From assembly GCF_017348835.2 (NCBI RefSeq), contig NZ_CP071375.1: 64,000 nucleotides of DNA; one strand, given 5' to 3'. Position 1 is the first letter of the stretch. The number at the start of each line of letters is the position of its first letter. Below the pieces are notes generated by a model that was not told where the DNA came from, did not search any database, and saw only the letters and a program-made list of their open reading frames with translations. The stretch comes from Escherichia coli. Its GTDB lineage: Bacteria; Pseudomonadota; Gammaproteobacteria; Enterobacterales; Enterobacteriaceae. Of the stretch, positions 30,298 to 41,680 are shown piece after piece. The translations under genes and the position numbers were made by a program.

Positions 30298-30630
30298 TTA
30301 CATATCTTTCTTAATTTTGTCCCATTCGCCTTTAACTTTATCTTTAAAGTTGGCTTGTTTATCCTGAGTACAAGCCTGAACGATAGCTGGGGTTACGGTT
30401 GCAATACCCTGAACATCTAAAACCGCATCTTCTGGTTTATCTTTGTTGTTCAGCGCTTCAGCAAAACCAACTGCAGTTGGCTGGAAGGATTCGTCCACAG
30501 CCAGGAAATCTTCACAGGTCCAGGAGTTGACCGGTTTTTTGTTATCAGCTGCTTTTTGCGCATCCGCTGCATTGCTCACAACTGGCAGAAGAAGCAGACC
30601 ACCAAGAATAACGCCTAATACTTTTTTCAT
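30298..30630 (-). CDS. hdeA: Periplasmic acid-stress chaperone HdeA (110 aa)
   Basis: MKKVLGVILGGLLLLPVVSNAADAQKAADNKKPVNSWTCEDF... Confidence 0.95.
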   Translation of the reverse strand: MKKVLGVILGGLLLLPVVSNAADAQKAADNKKPVNSWTCEDFLAVDESFQPTAVGFAEALNNKDKPEDAVLDVQGIATVTPAIVQACTQDKQANFKDKVKGEWDKIKKDM

Positions 30631-30884
30631 CGTAATATCCTCAACTATAAAGTGAAAGAGCCGTCACGAATCAATTTCGACACTGAGGTTATAACCTGGT
30701 TTTCTGTATATGTCATGTTGATGGAAAATATCAAAATCAGATATTTTTATTTCAATACAATGAGTTACAGATGCATCAGATACTGCAATTAGGAAATTTT
30801 TATTAAATCGACTGCATTCTTAGACGCGTTTTTGGCATAGATTGATAGCAGGGGATTTTCTTCTTAATTTTATAGGGTGGTTCT

Positions 30885-31457
30885 ATGTTATATATAGATA
30901 AGGCAACAATTTTGAAGTTTGATCTGGAGATGCTGAAAAAGCATCGCAGAGCAATCCAGTTTATTGCCGTGCTGCTGTTTATCGTCGGGTTGCTGTGTAT
31001 CAGTTTCCCGTTCGTCTCTGGCGATATTTTAAGCACAGTAGTGGGTGCATTATTAATCTGCTCGGGTATTGCGCTTATTGTCGGGTTATTCAGCAACCGC
31101 AGTCATAATTTCTGGCCGGTATTATCTGGTTTCCTCGTCGCAGTCGCCTATTTATTGATCGGCTATTTCTTCATCCGCGCACCGGAGCTGGGCATTTTTG
31201 CCATTGCGGCATTTATTGCCGGTTTGTTCTGTGTTGCAGGGGTTATTCGCCTGATGAGTTGGTATCGTCAGCGTTCAATGAAAGGCAGCTGGCTACAGCT
31301 CGTTATTGGTGTGCTGGATATCGTCATTGCCTGGATATTCCTTGGTGCAACGCCGATGGTATCTGTAACGCTGGTTTCCACACTGGTGGGAATTGAACTG
31401 ATATTTAGCGCCGCCAGCCTGTTCAGCTTCGCCAGTTTGTTCGTTAAGCAGCAATAA
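30885..31457 (+). CDS. hdeD: Acid-resistance membrane protein HdeD (190 aa)
   Basis: 190-aa multi-TM ORF divergent from hdeAB. Confidence 0.9.
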   Translation: MLYIDKATILKFDLEMLKKHRRAIQFIAVLLFIVGLLCISFPFVSGDILSTVVGALLICSGIALIVGLFSNRSHNFWPVLSGFLVAVAYLLIGYFFIRAPELGIFAIAAFIAGLFCVAGVIRLMSWYRQRSMKGSWLQLVIGVLDIVIAWIFLGATPMVSVTLVSTLVGIELIFSAASLFSFASLFVKQQ

Positions 31458-31473
31458 TTATCCCGGTTGTCAC

Positions 31474-31502
31474 CCGGATCATAGTCACTTGATGTGACTA
31501 TG
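31474..31502 (+). terminator. hdeD terminator (gatcatagtcacttgatgtgactatgatc)
   Basis: Perfect 12-bp inverted repeat after the hdeD stop. Confidence 0.65.
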
Positions 31503-31871
31503 ATCCGATTAATACTCTCTCCGCTACGCAGTGTTGTAGATCAATTGCGCACTATCATTGAAATAATTACCTGCTAGTGATTATTTCAACCTACTGAATT
31601 TCATCTAATTTTTTTCACTCCATGGCAAATTAGCCATTTCAAACATTATCATGGCTGATATTTTCCGTAGTCAGGTTTAATGTTTTAAAAGTGCTGTGGG
31701 AAAGTGAACAAAGAGTTCCGTAAGCGTTGATGCTATGGGCGGTTAAATAAGTAATCCGGGTTCATTTTTTTGCAACTGGCGTTGATTACATTGCATAAAT
31801 ATCCGTGTCTCCAGACGCTATATAAAAACCTGAAGACATGAATGCGTTATTTACTCAGGTAATTTCAATGC

Positions 31872-31942
31872 GTTAAAAGAAAGCTGGCAATCCAATTGCC
31901 AGCTTAAGTCGAAACAAGGAGACTCGATATTTAAATCGGATT
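31872..31942 (-). ncRNA. arrS: Candidate ArrS antisense sRNA (cis-antisense to the long gadE P3 leader). Minus-strand hairpin agctggcaattggattgccagct followed by a T-rich tract.
   Basis: Stem-loop at 31878-31900 reads as a terminator only on the minus strand. Its position about 310-380 nt upstream of gadE matches where arrS is known to lie. Exact ends are not determinable here. Confidence 0.35.
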
Positions 31943-32255
31943 ACATTTTAACTTTAGTAATATTCTTCAGAGATCACAAACTGGTTATTGATAACTTATT
32001 CTTGGGCAGTAATCCGCAAACGTTAACTTTTTGTTTACTATTTACAATCTGATAACAACCAGGAATATTACTTAGGATCAATATATGGAGTGCGTGATGG
32101 ATAAATCTGAAGTATTGATTAGTGTTAATAGACGTATTAGTTCACGAAGGGCAAAGTTCTTATAGGCGTTTACTATATTGAACAACGATTCGGACAAGGA
32201 TGTAAATAATGAAAAGGATGACATGTTCGAAACGATAACGGCTAAGGAGCAAGTT

Positions 32256-32783
32256 ATGATTTTTCTCATGACGAAAGATTCTTTTCTTTTACAGGGCTTT
32301 TGGCAGTTGAAAGATAATCACGAAATGATAAAAATCAATTCCCTGTCAGAGATCAAAAAAGTAGGCAATAAACCCTTCAAGGTTATCATTGATACCTATC
32401 ACAATCATATCCTTGATGAAGAAGCGATTAAATTTCTGGAGAAATTAGATGCCGAGAGAATTATTGTTTTGGCACCTTATCACATCAGTAAACTAAAAGC
32501 TAAAGCGCCTATTTATTTTGTTAGCCGCAAAGAAAGTATCAAAAATCTTCTTGAGATTACTTATGGTAAACACTTGCCCCATAAGAATTCACAATTATGT
32601 TTTTCACATAATCAGTTCAAAATTATGCAACTGATTCTGAAAAATAAAAATGAAAGCAATATCACGTCGACGCTCAATATTTCGCAACAAACATTAAAGA
32701 TTCAGAAATTCAACATTATGTACAAGCTGAAACTAAGACGTATGAGCGACATCGTCACCCTGGGTATCACATCTTATTTTTAG
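32256..32783 (+). CDS. gadE: LuxR-family acid-resistance master activator GadE (175 aa)
   Basis: MIFLMTKDSFLLQGFWQLKDNHEMIKINSL... The longer ORF from 32178 is an upstream in-frame extension. Confidence 0.9.
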   Translation: MIFLMTKDSFLLQGFWQLKDNHEMIKINSLSEIKKVGNKPFKVIIDTYHNHILDEEAIKFLEKLDAERIIVLAPYHISKLKAKAPIYFVSRKESIKNLLEITYGKHLPHKNSQLCFSHNQFKIMQLILKNKNESNITSTLNISQQTLKIQKFNIMYKLKLRRMSDIVTLGITSYF

Positions 32784-33121
32784 TCAGGACATAAGCAACT
32801 GAAATTGATGGCTGGCATGACGAGGGATGCAGATGCTGATTTCATTACCCCCGGTGATTACTAAAGGAGAGGCTAAAACGACTTTATTCCCCTGGTATGT
32901 GTATCCACCAGTAGAACCCTTCGTTGCCCGAATGCTGGCAGGAACTGTTGGCAGAACGGCAACATTTTTTTTGTCGTTGACCTCACCATGTCGATCACTA
33001 TGCCTGTATCCCACCTTACTGGCTGACAACCCCACTATGCCGCTGGTCTGTAAATCCCTCATATCTCTCCTCGCGCGCAATTTAAAGAACCGTTATTTCT
33101 CAAGAATTTTCAGGGACTAAA

Positions 33122-34279
33122 ATGAACAGAAGAAGAAAGCTGTTAATACCGTTGTTATTCTGCGGCGCGATGCTCACCGCCTGCGATGACAAATCGGCGG
33201 AAAACGCCGCCGCCATGACGCCTGAGGTCGGTGTCGTCACACTCTCCCCTGGCTCGGTCAATGTGTTGAGCGAATTGCCCGGTAGAACCGTTCCTTATGA
33301 AGTTGCCGAGATACGTCCCCAGGTGGGCGGTATTATCATTAAACGCAACTTTATCGAAGGCGATAAAGTGAACCAGGGCGATTCGCTGTATCAGATTGAT
33401 CCTGCACCTTTACAGGCCGAGCTAAACTCCGCCAAAGGCTCGCTGGCGAAAGCACTCTCTACCGCCAGCAATGCCCGCATCACCTTTAACCGCCAGGCAT
33501 CGTTGCTGAAGACCAACTACGTTAGCCGTCAGGATTACGACACCGCGCGCACCCAGTTGAATGAAGCAGAAGCCAATGTCACCGTCGCCAAAGCGGCTGT
33601 TGAACAGGCGACGATCAATCTGCAATACGCGAATGTCACCTCGCCGATTACGGGCGTCAGCGGGAAATCGTCGGTGACCGTCGGCGCACTCGTTACCGCT
33701 AATCAGGCAGATTCGCTGGTTACCATACAACGTCTGGACCCGATTTATGTCGATCTCACGCAGTCGGTGCAAGATTTCTTACGCATGAAAGAAGAGGTCG
33801 CCAGTGGGCAAATCAAACAGGTTCAGGGCAGTACGCCAGTACAGCTCAATCTGGAAAATGGTAAACGTTACAGCCAGACCGGCACGCTGAAATTCTCCGA
33901 CCCGACGGTTGATGAAACCACGGGCTCCGTGACGTTACGGGCGATTTTCCCCAACCCAAATGGTGACTTGCTGCCTGGCATGTATGTCACGGCATTAGTG
34001 GATGAAGGTAGCCGCCAGAATGTATTACTGGTGCCGCAGGAAGGCGTCACCCACAACGCCCAGGGTAAAGCAACGGCGCTCATTCTGGATAAAGACGATG
34101 TCGTGCAGCTACGCGAAATTGAAGCCAGCAAAGCCATCGGCGACCAGTGGGTCGTCACCTCTGGCTTGCAGGCTGGCGATCGGGTGATCGTTTCCGGTTT
34201 GCAACGCATTCGTCCGGGTATCAAAGCACTAGCAATTTCCTCCAGCCAGGAAAACGCCAGCACCGAATCGAAACAATAA
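33122..34279 (+). CDS. mdtE: RND efflux membrane-fusion protein MdtE (385 aa, lipoprotein)
   Basis: Lipobox LTAC. HlyD/AcrA-like. Confidence 0.9.
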   Translation: MNRRRKLLIPLLFCGAMLTACDDKSAENAAAMTPEVGVVTLSPGSVNVLSELPGRTVPYEVAEIRPQVGGIIIKRNFIEGDKVNQGDSLYQIDPAPLQAELNSAKGSLAKALSTASNARITFNRQASLLKTNYVSRQDYDTARTQLNEAEANVTVAKAAVEQATINLQYANVTSPITGVSGKSSVTVGALVTANQADSLVTIQRLDPIYVDLTQSVQDFLRMKEEVASGQIKQVQGSTPVQLNLENGKRYSQTGTLKFSDPTVDETTGSVTLRAIFPNPNGDLLPGMYVTALVDEGSRQNVLLVPQEGVTHNAQGKATALILDKDDVVQLREIEASKAIGDQWVVTSGLQAGDRVIVSGLQRIRPGIKALAISSSQENASTESKQ

Positions 34280-34303
34280 CGTTGCAGGCTTAAGGGGACT
34301 TTC

Positions 34304-37300
34304 ATGGCTAACTATTTTATTGATCGCCCGGTTTTTGCCTGGGTACTTGCCATTATTATGATGCTTGCAGGTGGTCTGGCGATCATGAACTTACCGGTTG
34401 CGCAGTATCCGCAGATTGCGCCACCGACCATTACCGTCAGCGCTACCTATCCGGGTGCCGATGCGCAAACGGTAGAAGACTCGGTCACTCAGGTGATTGA
34501 GCAAAATATGAATGGGCTTGATGGCCTGATGTACATGTCTTCAACCAGTGATGCGGCGGGTAATGCCTCTATCACTCTGACCTTCGAGACTGGGACATCT
34601 CCTGATATCGCACAGGTTCAGGTGCAAAATAAACTGCAACTCGCTATGCCTTCATTACCTGAAGCAGTGCAGCAGCAGGGGATTAGCGTCGATAAATCGA
34701 GCAGTAATATCCTGATGGTAGCGGCGTTTATTTCTGATAACGGCAGCCTAAACCAGTACGATATCGCGGACTATGTAGCGTCTAATATCAAAGACCCGCT
34801 AAGCCGTACCGCGGGCGTTGGTAGCGTACAGCTCTTTGGTTCCGAGTACGCCATGCGTATCTGGCTGGACCCGCAAAAACTCAATAAATATAACCTTGTA
34901 CCTTCCGATGTTATTTCCCAGATTAAGGTGCAAAACAACCAGATTTCCGGTGGTCAACTGGGTGGCATGCCACAGGCGGCAGACCAGCAGCTAAACGCCT
35001 CGATCATTGTGCAGACGCGTCTGCAAACGCCGGAAGAATTTGGCAAAATCCTGTTGAAAGTTCAGCAAGATGGTTCGCAAGTGCTGCTGCGTGATGTCGC
35101 CCGCGTCGAACTTGGGGCGGAAGATTATTCCACCGTGGCGCGCTATAACGGCAAACCTGCTGCCGGGATCGCCATCAAACTGGCTGCCGGAGCAAACGCC
35201 CTGGATACCTCGCGGGCAGTCAAAGAGGAACTGAACCGCTTATCAGCCTATTTCCCGGCAAGTCTGAAGACGGTTTATCCTTACGACACCACGCCGTTTA
35301 TCGAAATTTCTATTCAGGAAGTTTTCAAAACACTGGTTGAGGCTATCATCCTCGTCTTCCTGGTCATGTATCTGTTTTTGCAGAATTTCCGTGCCACAAT
35401 CATCCCGACGATTGCCGTACCGGTGGTTATTCTCGGGACGTTTGCGATCTTGTCGGCGGTCGGTTTCACCATCAACACGTTAACTATGTTCGGGATGGTG
35501 CTGGCGATAGGGTTACTGGTGGATGACGCCATCGTAGTGGTGGAGAACGTCGAGCGTGTCATTGCGGAAGATAAGCTACCGCCGAAGGAAGCGACGCATA
35601 AATCGATGGGGCAGATCCAACGTGCGCTGGTCGGTATTGCCGTTGTTCTTTCCGCAGTGTTTATGCCGATGGCCTTTATGAGCGGTGCAACCGGGGAGAT
35701 CTACCGCCAGTTCTCCATCACGCTGATCTCCTCCATGCTGCTTTCAGTATTTGTGGCAATGAGCCTGACCCCTGCCCTGTGCGCCACCATTCTGAAAGCC
35801 GCGCCGGAAGGCGGTCACAAACCTAACGCCCTGTTCGCACGCTTCAACACGCTGTTTGAAAAATCAACTCAGCACTATACCGATAGCACCCGCTCGCTGT
35901 TGCGTTGTACCGGTCGCTACATGGTGGTCTACCTGCTGATTTGCGCCGGGATGGCGGTGCTGTTCCTGCGCACGCCGACCTCTTTCTTACCAGAAGAGGA
36001 TCAGGGGGTATTTATGACCACCGCGCAGTTACCTTCCGGTGCCACCATGGTTAACACCACGAAAGTGCTGCAACAGGTGACGGATTATTATCTTACAAAA
36101 GAGAAAGATAATGTTCAGTCGGTGTTTACCGTTGGCGGCTTTGGCTTCAGCGGCCAGGGGCAAAACAACGGTCTGGCGTTTATCAGTCTCAAGCCGTGGT
36201 CTGAACGTGTCGGTGAGGAAAACTCGGTTACCGCGATCATTCAGCGGGCAATGATTGCGCTAAGCAGTATCAATAAAGCCGTCGTCTTCCCGTTCAACTT
36301 ACCCGCGGTGGCTGAACTGGGTACCGCGTCAGGTTTTGATATGGAACTGCTGGACAACGGTAACCTGGGGCACGAAAAACTAACCCAGGCACGAAACGAG
36401 CTGTTATCACTAGCAGCGCAATCACCGAATCAGGTCACCGGGGTACGCCCGAACGGCCTGGAAGATACGCCGATGTTCAAAGTGAACGTCAACGCCGCGA
36501 AAGCTGAGGCAATGGGTGTGGCGCTGTCTGATATCAACCAGACAATTTCCACCGCCTTCGGCAGCAGCTACGTGAACGACTTCCTCAACCAGGGGCGGGT
36601 GAAAAAAGTGTATGTCCAGGCAGGCACGCCGTTCCGTATGTTGCCGGATAACATCAATCAATGGTATGTACGCAACGCCTCTGGCACGATGGCACCGCTT
36701 TCTGCCTACTCGTCTACCGAATGGACCTATGGTTCACCGCGACTGGAACGCTACAACGGCATCCCGTCAATGGAGATTTTAGGTGAAGCGGCGGCCGGGA
36801 AAAGTACCGGTGACGCAATGAAATTTATGGCAGACCTGGTCGCTAAACTTCCGGCAGGCGTCGGCTACTCATGGACCGGACTGTCGTATCAGGAAGCGTT
36901 ATCCTCAAATCAGGCTCCTGCGCTGTATGCGATTTCACTGGTCGTGGTGTTCCTCGCCCTCGCCGCACTTTATGAGAGCTGGTCAATTCCATTCTCGGTG
37001 ATGTTGGTTGTTCCGTTAGGCGTCGTTGGCGCATTACTGGCCACCGATCTGCGCGGCTTAAGTAATGACGTCTACTTCCAGGTTGGTTTGCTGACCACCA
37101 TCGGGCTTTCCGCCAAAAACGCCATCCTGATTGTCGAATTTGCCGTTGAGATGATGCAGAAAGAAGGGAAAACGCCGATAGAGGCAATCATCGAAGCGGC
37201 GCGGATGCGTTTACGCCCAATCCTGATGACCTCTCTGGCCTTTATTCTCGGCGTGCTGCCGCTGGTTATCAGTCATGGTGCCGGTTCTGGCGCGCAAAAC

Positions 37301-37417
37301 GCGGTAGGTACCGGCGTGATGGGCGGGATGTTTGCCGCAACAGTGCTGGCAATTTACTTTGTTCCGGTCTTTTTCGTTGTAGTGGAACATCTCTTTACCC
37401 GCTTTAAAAAAGCGTAA
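34304..37417 (+). CDS. mdtF: RND efflux pump MdtF (1037 aa, AcrB family)
   Basis: 1037-aa AcrB-like transporter ([24 protein letters not shown]...). Confidence 0.95.
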   Translation: MANYFIDRPVFAWVLAIIMMLAGGLAIMNLPVAQYPQIAPPTITVSATYPGADAQTVEDSVTQVIEQNMNGLDGLMYMSSTSDAAGNASITLTFETGTSPDIAQVQVQNKLQLAMPSLPEAVQQQGISVDKSSSNILMVAAFISDNGSLNQYDIADYVASNIKDPLSRTAGVGSVQLFGSEYAMRIWLDPQKLNKYNLVPSDVISQIKVQNNQISGGQLGGMPQAADQQLNASIIVQTRLQTPEEFGKILLKVQQDGSQVLLRDVARVELGAEDYSTVARYNGKPAAGIAIKLAAGANALDTSRAVKEELNRLSAYFPASLKTVYPYDTTPFIEISIQEVFKTLVEAIILVFLVMYLFLQNFRATIIPTIAVPVVILGTFAILSAVGFTINTLTMFGMVLAIGLLVDDAIVVVENVERVIAEDKLPPKEATHKSMGQIQRALVGIAVVLSAVFMPMAFMSGATGEIYRQFSITLISSMLLSVFVAMSLTPALCATILKAAPEGGHKPNALFARFNTLFEKSTQHYTDSTRSLLRCTGRYMVVYLLICAGMAVLFLRTPTSFLPEEDQGVFMTTAQLPSGATMVNTTKVLQQVTDYYLTKEKDNVQSVFTVGGFGFSGQGQNNGLAFISLKPWSERVGEENSVTAIIQRAMIALSSINKAVVFPFNLPAVAELGTASGFDMELLDNGNLGHEKLTQARNELLSLAAQSPNQVTGVRPNGLEDTPMFKVNVNAAKAEAMGVALSDINQTISTAFGSSYVNDFLNQGRVKKVYVQAGTPFRMLPDNINQWYVRNASGTMAPLSAYSSTEWTYGSPRLERYNGIPSMEILGEAAAGKSTGDAMKFMADLVAKLPAGVGYSWTGLSYQEALSSNQAPALYAISLVVVFLALAALYESWSIPFSVMLVVPLGVVGALLATDLRGLSNDVYFQVGLLTTIGLSAKNAILIVEFAVEMMQKEGKTPIEAIIEAARMRLRPILMTSLAFILGVLPLVISHGAGSGAQNAVGTGVMGGMFAATVLAIYFVPVFFVVVEHLFTRFKKA

Positions 37418-37432
37418 CGTGTAAATGAGAGT

Positions 37433-37465
37433 AAGGTTGAACGTGAAGGTTCAGCCTTACTCTTT
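37433..37465 (+). terminator. mdtF terminator (ggttgaacgtgaaggttcagcc + T-rich)
   Basis: Inverted repeat directly after the stop. Confidence 0.65.
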
Positions 37466-37779
37466 CCTGCTAACCATTCACCACTCAACAACCAGCTAAC
37501 CGTCAGGAATACCAGGCTTAGTACACAGCACTGAAAGTAGAAACCACTCCAGCCATTCGTCATCAATTTGAACAACACAATACTGACCCACATTCCCGTA
37601 ATCGTATGAATTGTCAGCTTAATAATCCCAAACATGCCGAGTCTTTTCCTCCTGAAAATACCTATACCGCCTGGCAAACTGCGAAAGAGAACTAGCCGGT
37701 AGCCCGGCAGAAATCATCAGGGAAGAGTTTCACATGAAGCAGGTGTGAGATCCTGACCAATATTCAAATGCAAAATATG

Positions 37780-38508
37780 TCAGGAAAAGGTACCTGGCGA
37801 ATGTTGCGCAAACTGATGTGGCGTTACACCATAATATTGTCGAAATGTGTTTATAAAGTACGACGTACTGCTATAGCCACATTTTTCTGCAATAGTATGC
37901 AGAGGAATTTGACGTAACTCGAGTAATCGTCTGGCCATCGACATCCTGGAAGCGAGTAATATTTTACTGAAACAGGTATTTTCATCCTGCAACTTTTTTT
38001 TGATTAGACTCTCGCTGGTATACATTCTTTCCGCAATATCGCGCAGATACCAACGTTTGGCGATATCAAAGCTAATAAGGCGTTCAACTTTTCCTGAAAC
38101 AGTACTGATACTATTGAAAAGTAAGGGGATCAGTTCTTTCTTATGAGAAAACATCGATAAACAGGAAAGATAGAGCATTTTGCTCAGTATCGGCGAATTT
38201 ACCCCGGAGTCATTGAAACTATCAAAAATCGCCGTCACCAGCGGCATGGGGGGTGACTGGTTAATTAACAGACGGTCTTTGCTATGTAACCCTAAATTGC
38301 GTGGTAGCTGACGAATATTTTGTAAGTAATGGCAAACTGTCAGCTCATCGATATCCAGCCGTCGCGTATCCGGTGAACAAAACGCAAAATCGTCTGCCAA
38401 ATTTTTATCCAGCAGCAGGATACTCTCGTTATGCAGCGATATTTTTTGCTGTTCATGATAAATATCGAATGAACGACGAATGAGGATCACCGAGCAGACA
38501 TGAGTCAT
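37780..38508 (-). CDS. gadW: AraC-family regulator GadW (242 aa)
   Basis: C-terminal AraC HTH. Synteny supports the call. Confidence 0.9.
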   Translation of the reverse strand: MTHVCSVILIRRSFDIYHEQQKISLHNESILLLDKNLADDFAFCSPDTRRLDIDELTVCHYLQNIRQLPRNLGLHSKDRLLINQSPPMPLVTAIFDSFNDSGVNSPILSKMLYLSCLSMFSHKKELIPLLFNSISTVSGKVERLISFDIAKRWYLRDIAERMYTSESLIKKKLQDENTCFSKILLASRMSMARRLLELRQIPLHTIAEKCGYSSTSYFINTFRQYYGVTPHQFAQHSPGTFS

Positions 38509-38753
38509 GATTATCCCTTATATTTCATACTGCGATTATTTCAATTTCAGTATACTAATGAAATGATGCCAGACTGTTTCTTAGCGCAAAAACTGCCAGA
38601 TTTGGTAGGACCAAAATTTATCCACAAAGTAGTTTTGCATAACAGTTAATTGATAATAAGTAAATGCAACACGAATATATTTTCGCACAGCGTATAGCTT
38701 ATGTTTATAAAAAAATGGCTGATCTTATTTCCAGTAAAAGTTATATTTAACTT

Positions 38754-38859
38754 ACTGAGAGCACAAAGTTTCCCGTGCCAACAGGGAGTGTTATAACGGT
38801 TTATTAGTCTGGAGACGGCAGACTATCCTCTTCCCGGTCCCCTATGCCGGGTTTTTTTT
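38754..38859 (+). ncRNA. gadY: GadY small RNA (about 105 nt), overlapping the gadX 3' region
   Basis: ACTGAGAGCACAAAGTTTCCCGTGCCAACAGGGAGTG...CCCGGTCCCCTATGCCGGGTTTTTTTT matches GadY and ends in an intrinsic terminator. Confidence 0.8.
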
Positions 38860-38875
38860 ATGTCTGAGTAAAATT

Positions 38876-39700
38876 CTATAATCTTATTCCTTCCGCAGAA
38901 CAGTCAGTGCCGTAAAAATTCCCTTGCGCAACAATACTTGCCGCCGAGTCACGGTTCGACAATCTCTGCGCCGATCGCTCCTGATACTCTGTGGGCGTCA
39001 TCCCATAATAATTTCGAAAGACGTAAATGAAATACGACACGCTGTGATATCCACAGGATACTGCAACTCGCTTAATTGAAAAACCATGTATAACAATAAG
39101 TTGCAAAGCACGTTGCATTCTACACTCAGTAAGCAACTGTGAATATGATGTCTCTTCTTCGCGCAATTTTTTCTTTAACAGACTTGGACTCATCAACAGC
39201 TCGCTGGCGATTCGGGCTAGTGTCCACTCATGGGCGATATTATTATTGATAACCGTACAAACTCGTGTTCGCATGTTCGGTTGTAAAACGTTCAGAAGCA
39301 GCGGTATAAAGTGCTCATCCTCAAGAAAAACAGATAACAACGCAAAGATTAATGCTCTTTTACGTAGCATTTCTGCATAGCGAAGATTCTTATTCTGCGA
39401 TAGTTGCGCAACTTCCTGAAAAACAGGAATATCTCTGCTACAGTGATGAACGAGTAATGAAGAAACTTTTTTATGTGCATGAAGATTTAATGCCTCCTCC
39501 TTGAGCATCGGGAGAAATAATGAAAGTGTGTCCCTTGACACAAATACAAAATTTTCAACACACTTATCTACTCGAATTTGGCTTGCATCCGCAAAAACCA
39601 AGTCACCGCCATTAAAATAGCGATATTCACCATTAACCATGGTGAGAATATATTTATGTCTTGCGTACGCAATTAGACAATTCCCATGTAGTGATTGCAT
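38876..39700 (-). CDS. gadX: AraC-family regulator GadX (274 aa)
   Basis: 274-aa AraC/XylS ORF. Synteny supports the call. Confidence 0.9.
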   Translation of the reverse strand: MQSLHGNCLIAYARHKYILTMVNGEYRYFNGGDLVFADASQIRVDKCVENFVFVSRDTLSLFLPMLKEEALNLHAHKKVSSLLVHHCSRDIPVFQEVAQLSQNKNLRYAEMLRKRALIFALLSVFLEDEHFIPLLLNVLQPNMRTRVCTVINNNIAHEWTLARIASELLMSPSLLKKKLREEETSYSQLLTECRMQRALQLIVIHGFSIKRVAVSCGYHSVSYFIYVFRNYYGMTPTEYQERSAQRLSNRDSAASIVAQGNFYGTDCSAEGIRL

Positions 39701-40007
39701 AGTTGGCTTAATATTACATAAACATATTACTGTTTATTAATGTAGCACGCCGCCCTCTTAAGTCAAATTGATTGATAAATAAATTTAAACGAAGCGGGAG
39801 AACAGGATGATAATGTGTGATGTTCTACGGGCAGGATGACTGGATTTATAATACAAATACGTGTTTAAGAACGCAGGGAAATTAATAGTAAGCAAATAAT
39901 CCCTTTTCGTGACATTAAAGGCAATCGCTACATTTAATAAACATTCATATAACATATATCTTATCAACACGATGAATAGACAGCCAATATATTATTGCGA
40001 TTAATAA

Positions 40008-40057
40008 GCAACCGAATGCCCAGCTGTTTTTTTAAAGGCTGGGCATTCGGTTTTTAC
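40008..40057. terminator. gadA terminator (aaccgaatgcccagc ... gctgggcattcggtt)
   Basis: Long perfect inverted repeat with T-run, downstream of the gadA stop on the minus strand. Confidence 0.75.
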
Positions 40058-40069
40058 AACGTTATGTTA

Positions 40070-41470
40070 TCAGGTGTGTTTAAAGCTGTTCTGCTGGGCA
40101 ATACCCTGCAGTTTCGGGTGATCGCTGAGATATTTCAGGGAGGCTTTGTAGTCTTCCAGCAACAGTTCAGCAAAGTCCATTTCGAAGCCGCGACGACACA
40201 TAATGCGCATCACCACGATGTCGGTGGCTTCACCGCCGAGAGTGAAGGCCGGAACCTGCCAGCCGCGCAGACGCAGACGTTCAGAGAGGTCGTACAGGGT
40301 GTATCCCGGATCTTCACCATCTTTCAGTTTGAAGCAAACCGCCGGGATGCCTTCGTCCGGGCGACCCGTACAGATGAACTCATACGGCCCCAGTTTGGCG
40401 ATTTCATCCGCCAGATAGGCAGCGACCTGGTAGGAAGCATTCTGTACTTTGGTATAGCCTTCACGACCAAGGCGCAGGAATTCATAGTACTGTGCAATCA
40501 CCTGACCTGCCGGGCGGGAGAAGTTGATGGCGAAAGTACCAATCTGACCCCCCAGGTAGTCAACGTTGAACACCAGTTCCTGCGGCAGCGCTTCTTCGTC
40601 ACGCCAGATAACCCAGCCGCAGCCCAGAGGAGCCAGACCGAATTTATGGCCTGAAGCACTGATCGATTTCACACGCGGCAGGCGGAAGTCCCAGACGATA
40701 TCCGGGGCGACGAACGGTGCCAGAAAGCCACCGCTGGCGGCGTCGATGTGCATGTCGATGTCGATACCGGTGTCGGCCTGGAATTTATCCAGCGCATCGT
40801 GCAGCGGTTGCGGGAACTCATAGTTACCGGTGTAGGTCACGCCGAAAGTCGGCACCACGCCGATGGTGTTTTCGTCGCAGGCTTCAATCATGCGTTTCGG
40901 GTCCATAAACAACTGACCGGGGCGCATAGGGATCTCACGCAGCTCCACATCCCAGTAGCGGGCGAATTTATGCCAGCAGATTTGTACCGGACCGCACACC
41001 AGGTTTGGTTTATCCGTTGGTTTGCCTGCAGCTTCCATACGCTTGCGCCAACGCCATTTCATCGCCATCCCGCCGAGCATACAGGCCTCGGAAGAACCAA
41101 TGGTGTTGGTGCCAACGGCCTGACCATTTTTCGGCGCAGGCGCATGCCACAGATCGGCAACCATGTTTACGCAACGCAGGTCGATGGCTGCGGATTGCGG
41201 ATATTCTTCTTTGTCGATCCAGTTTTTATTGATCGACAAATCCATCAATTTATGGACGTTTTCGTCGTCCCAGGTCTGGCAGAAAGTGGCCAGGTTCTGA
41301 CGAGCGTTGCCATCAAGATATAATTCATCATTGATAATCTGGAATGCGACATCATCGCGCATTTCGTGCAGCGGAAATCGTTTTGACTCCGCGATAGTAG
41401 AAATGGCCTTTGCGCCAAAACGTGAATCGAGTAGTTCTGAGCGGAAATCCGTTAACAGCTTCTGGTCCAT
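40070..41470 (-). CDS. gadA: Glutamate decarboxylase alpha (466 aa, PLP-dependent)
   Basis: [25 protein letters not shown]... The ORF-track extension to 41533 is an upstream in-frame run. Confidence 0.95.
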   Translation of the reverse strand: MDQKLLTDFRSELLDSRFGAKAISTIAESKRFPLHEMRDDVAFQIINDELYLDGNARQNLATFCQTWDDENVHKLMDLSINKNWIDKEEYPQSAAIDLRCVNMVADLWHAPAPKNGQAVGTNTIGSSEACMLGGMAMKWRWRKRMEAAGKPTDKPNLVCGPVQICWHKFARYWDVELREIPMRPGQLFMDPKRMIEACDENTIGVVPTFGVTYTGNYEFPQPLHDALDKFQADTGIDIDMHIDAASGGFLAPFVAPDIVWDFRLPRVKSISASGHKFGLAPLGCGWVIWRDEEALPQELVFNVDYLGGQIGTFAINFSRPAGQVIAQYYEFLRLGREGYTKVQNASYQVAAYLADEIAKLGPYEFICTGRPDEGIPAVCFKLKDGEDPGYTLYDLSERLRLRGWQVPAFTLGGEATDIVVMRIMCRRGFEMDFAELLLEDYKASLKYLSDHPKLQGIAQQNSFKHT

Positions 41471-41549
41471 TTCGAACTCCTTAAATTTATTTGAAGGCAA
41501 TAAAAAAGTAGGATTTATCCGCAATGGAAGCAAGGCATTACAGGCTTAA

Positions 41550-41569
41550 TTTAAATAACAAAATCCTAA
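41550..41569 (-). promoter_or_regulatory. GAD box (GadE binding site) upstream of gadA. Minus strand reads TTAGGATTTTGTTATTTAAA.
   Basis: Reverse complement of 41550-41569 equals the 20-bp GAD-box consensus. Confidence 0.8.
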
Positions 41570-41680
41570 GCAGAAAAACTACTTTTTATAATATAAACAT
41601 TTAACATGATAATATTAAAAACAGACTTTATTATCGTAATAAAAATCGCCCAAACATTCCTGTTCGGGCGATCAAATTAA

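Noticed and set aside
37354-37677. 107-aa minus-strand ORF overlapping the mdtF 3' end and terminator
   Set aside because: It overlaps the mdtF stop region and terminator hairpin. It has no conserved features and is likely spurious.
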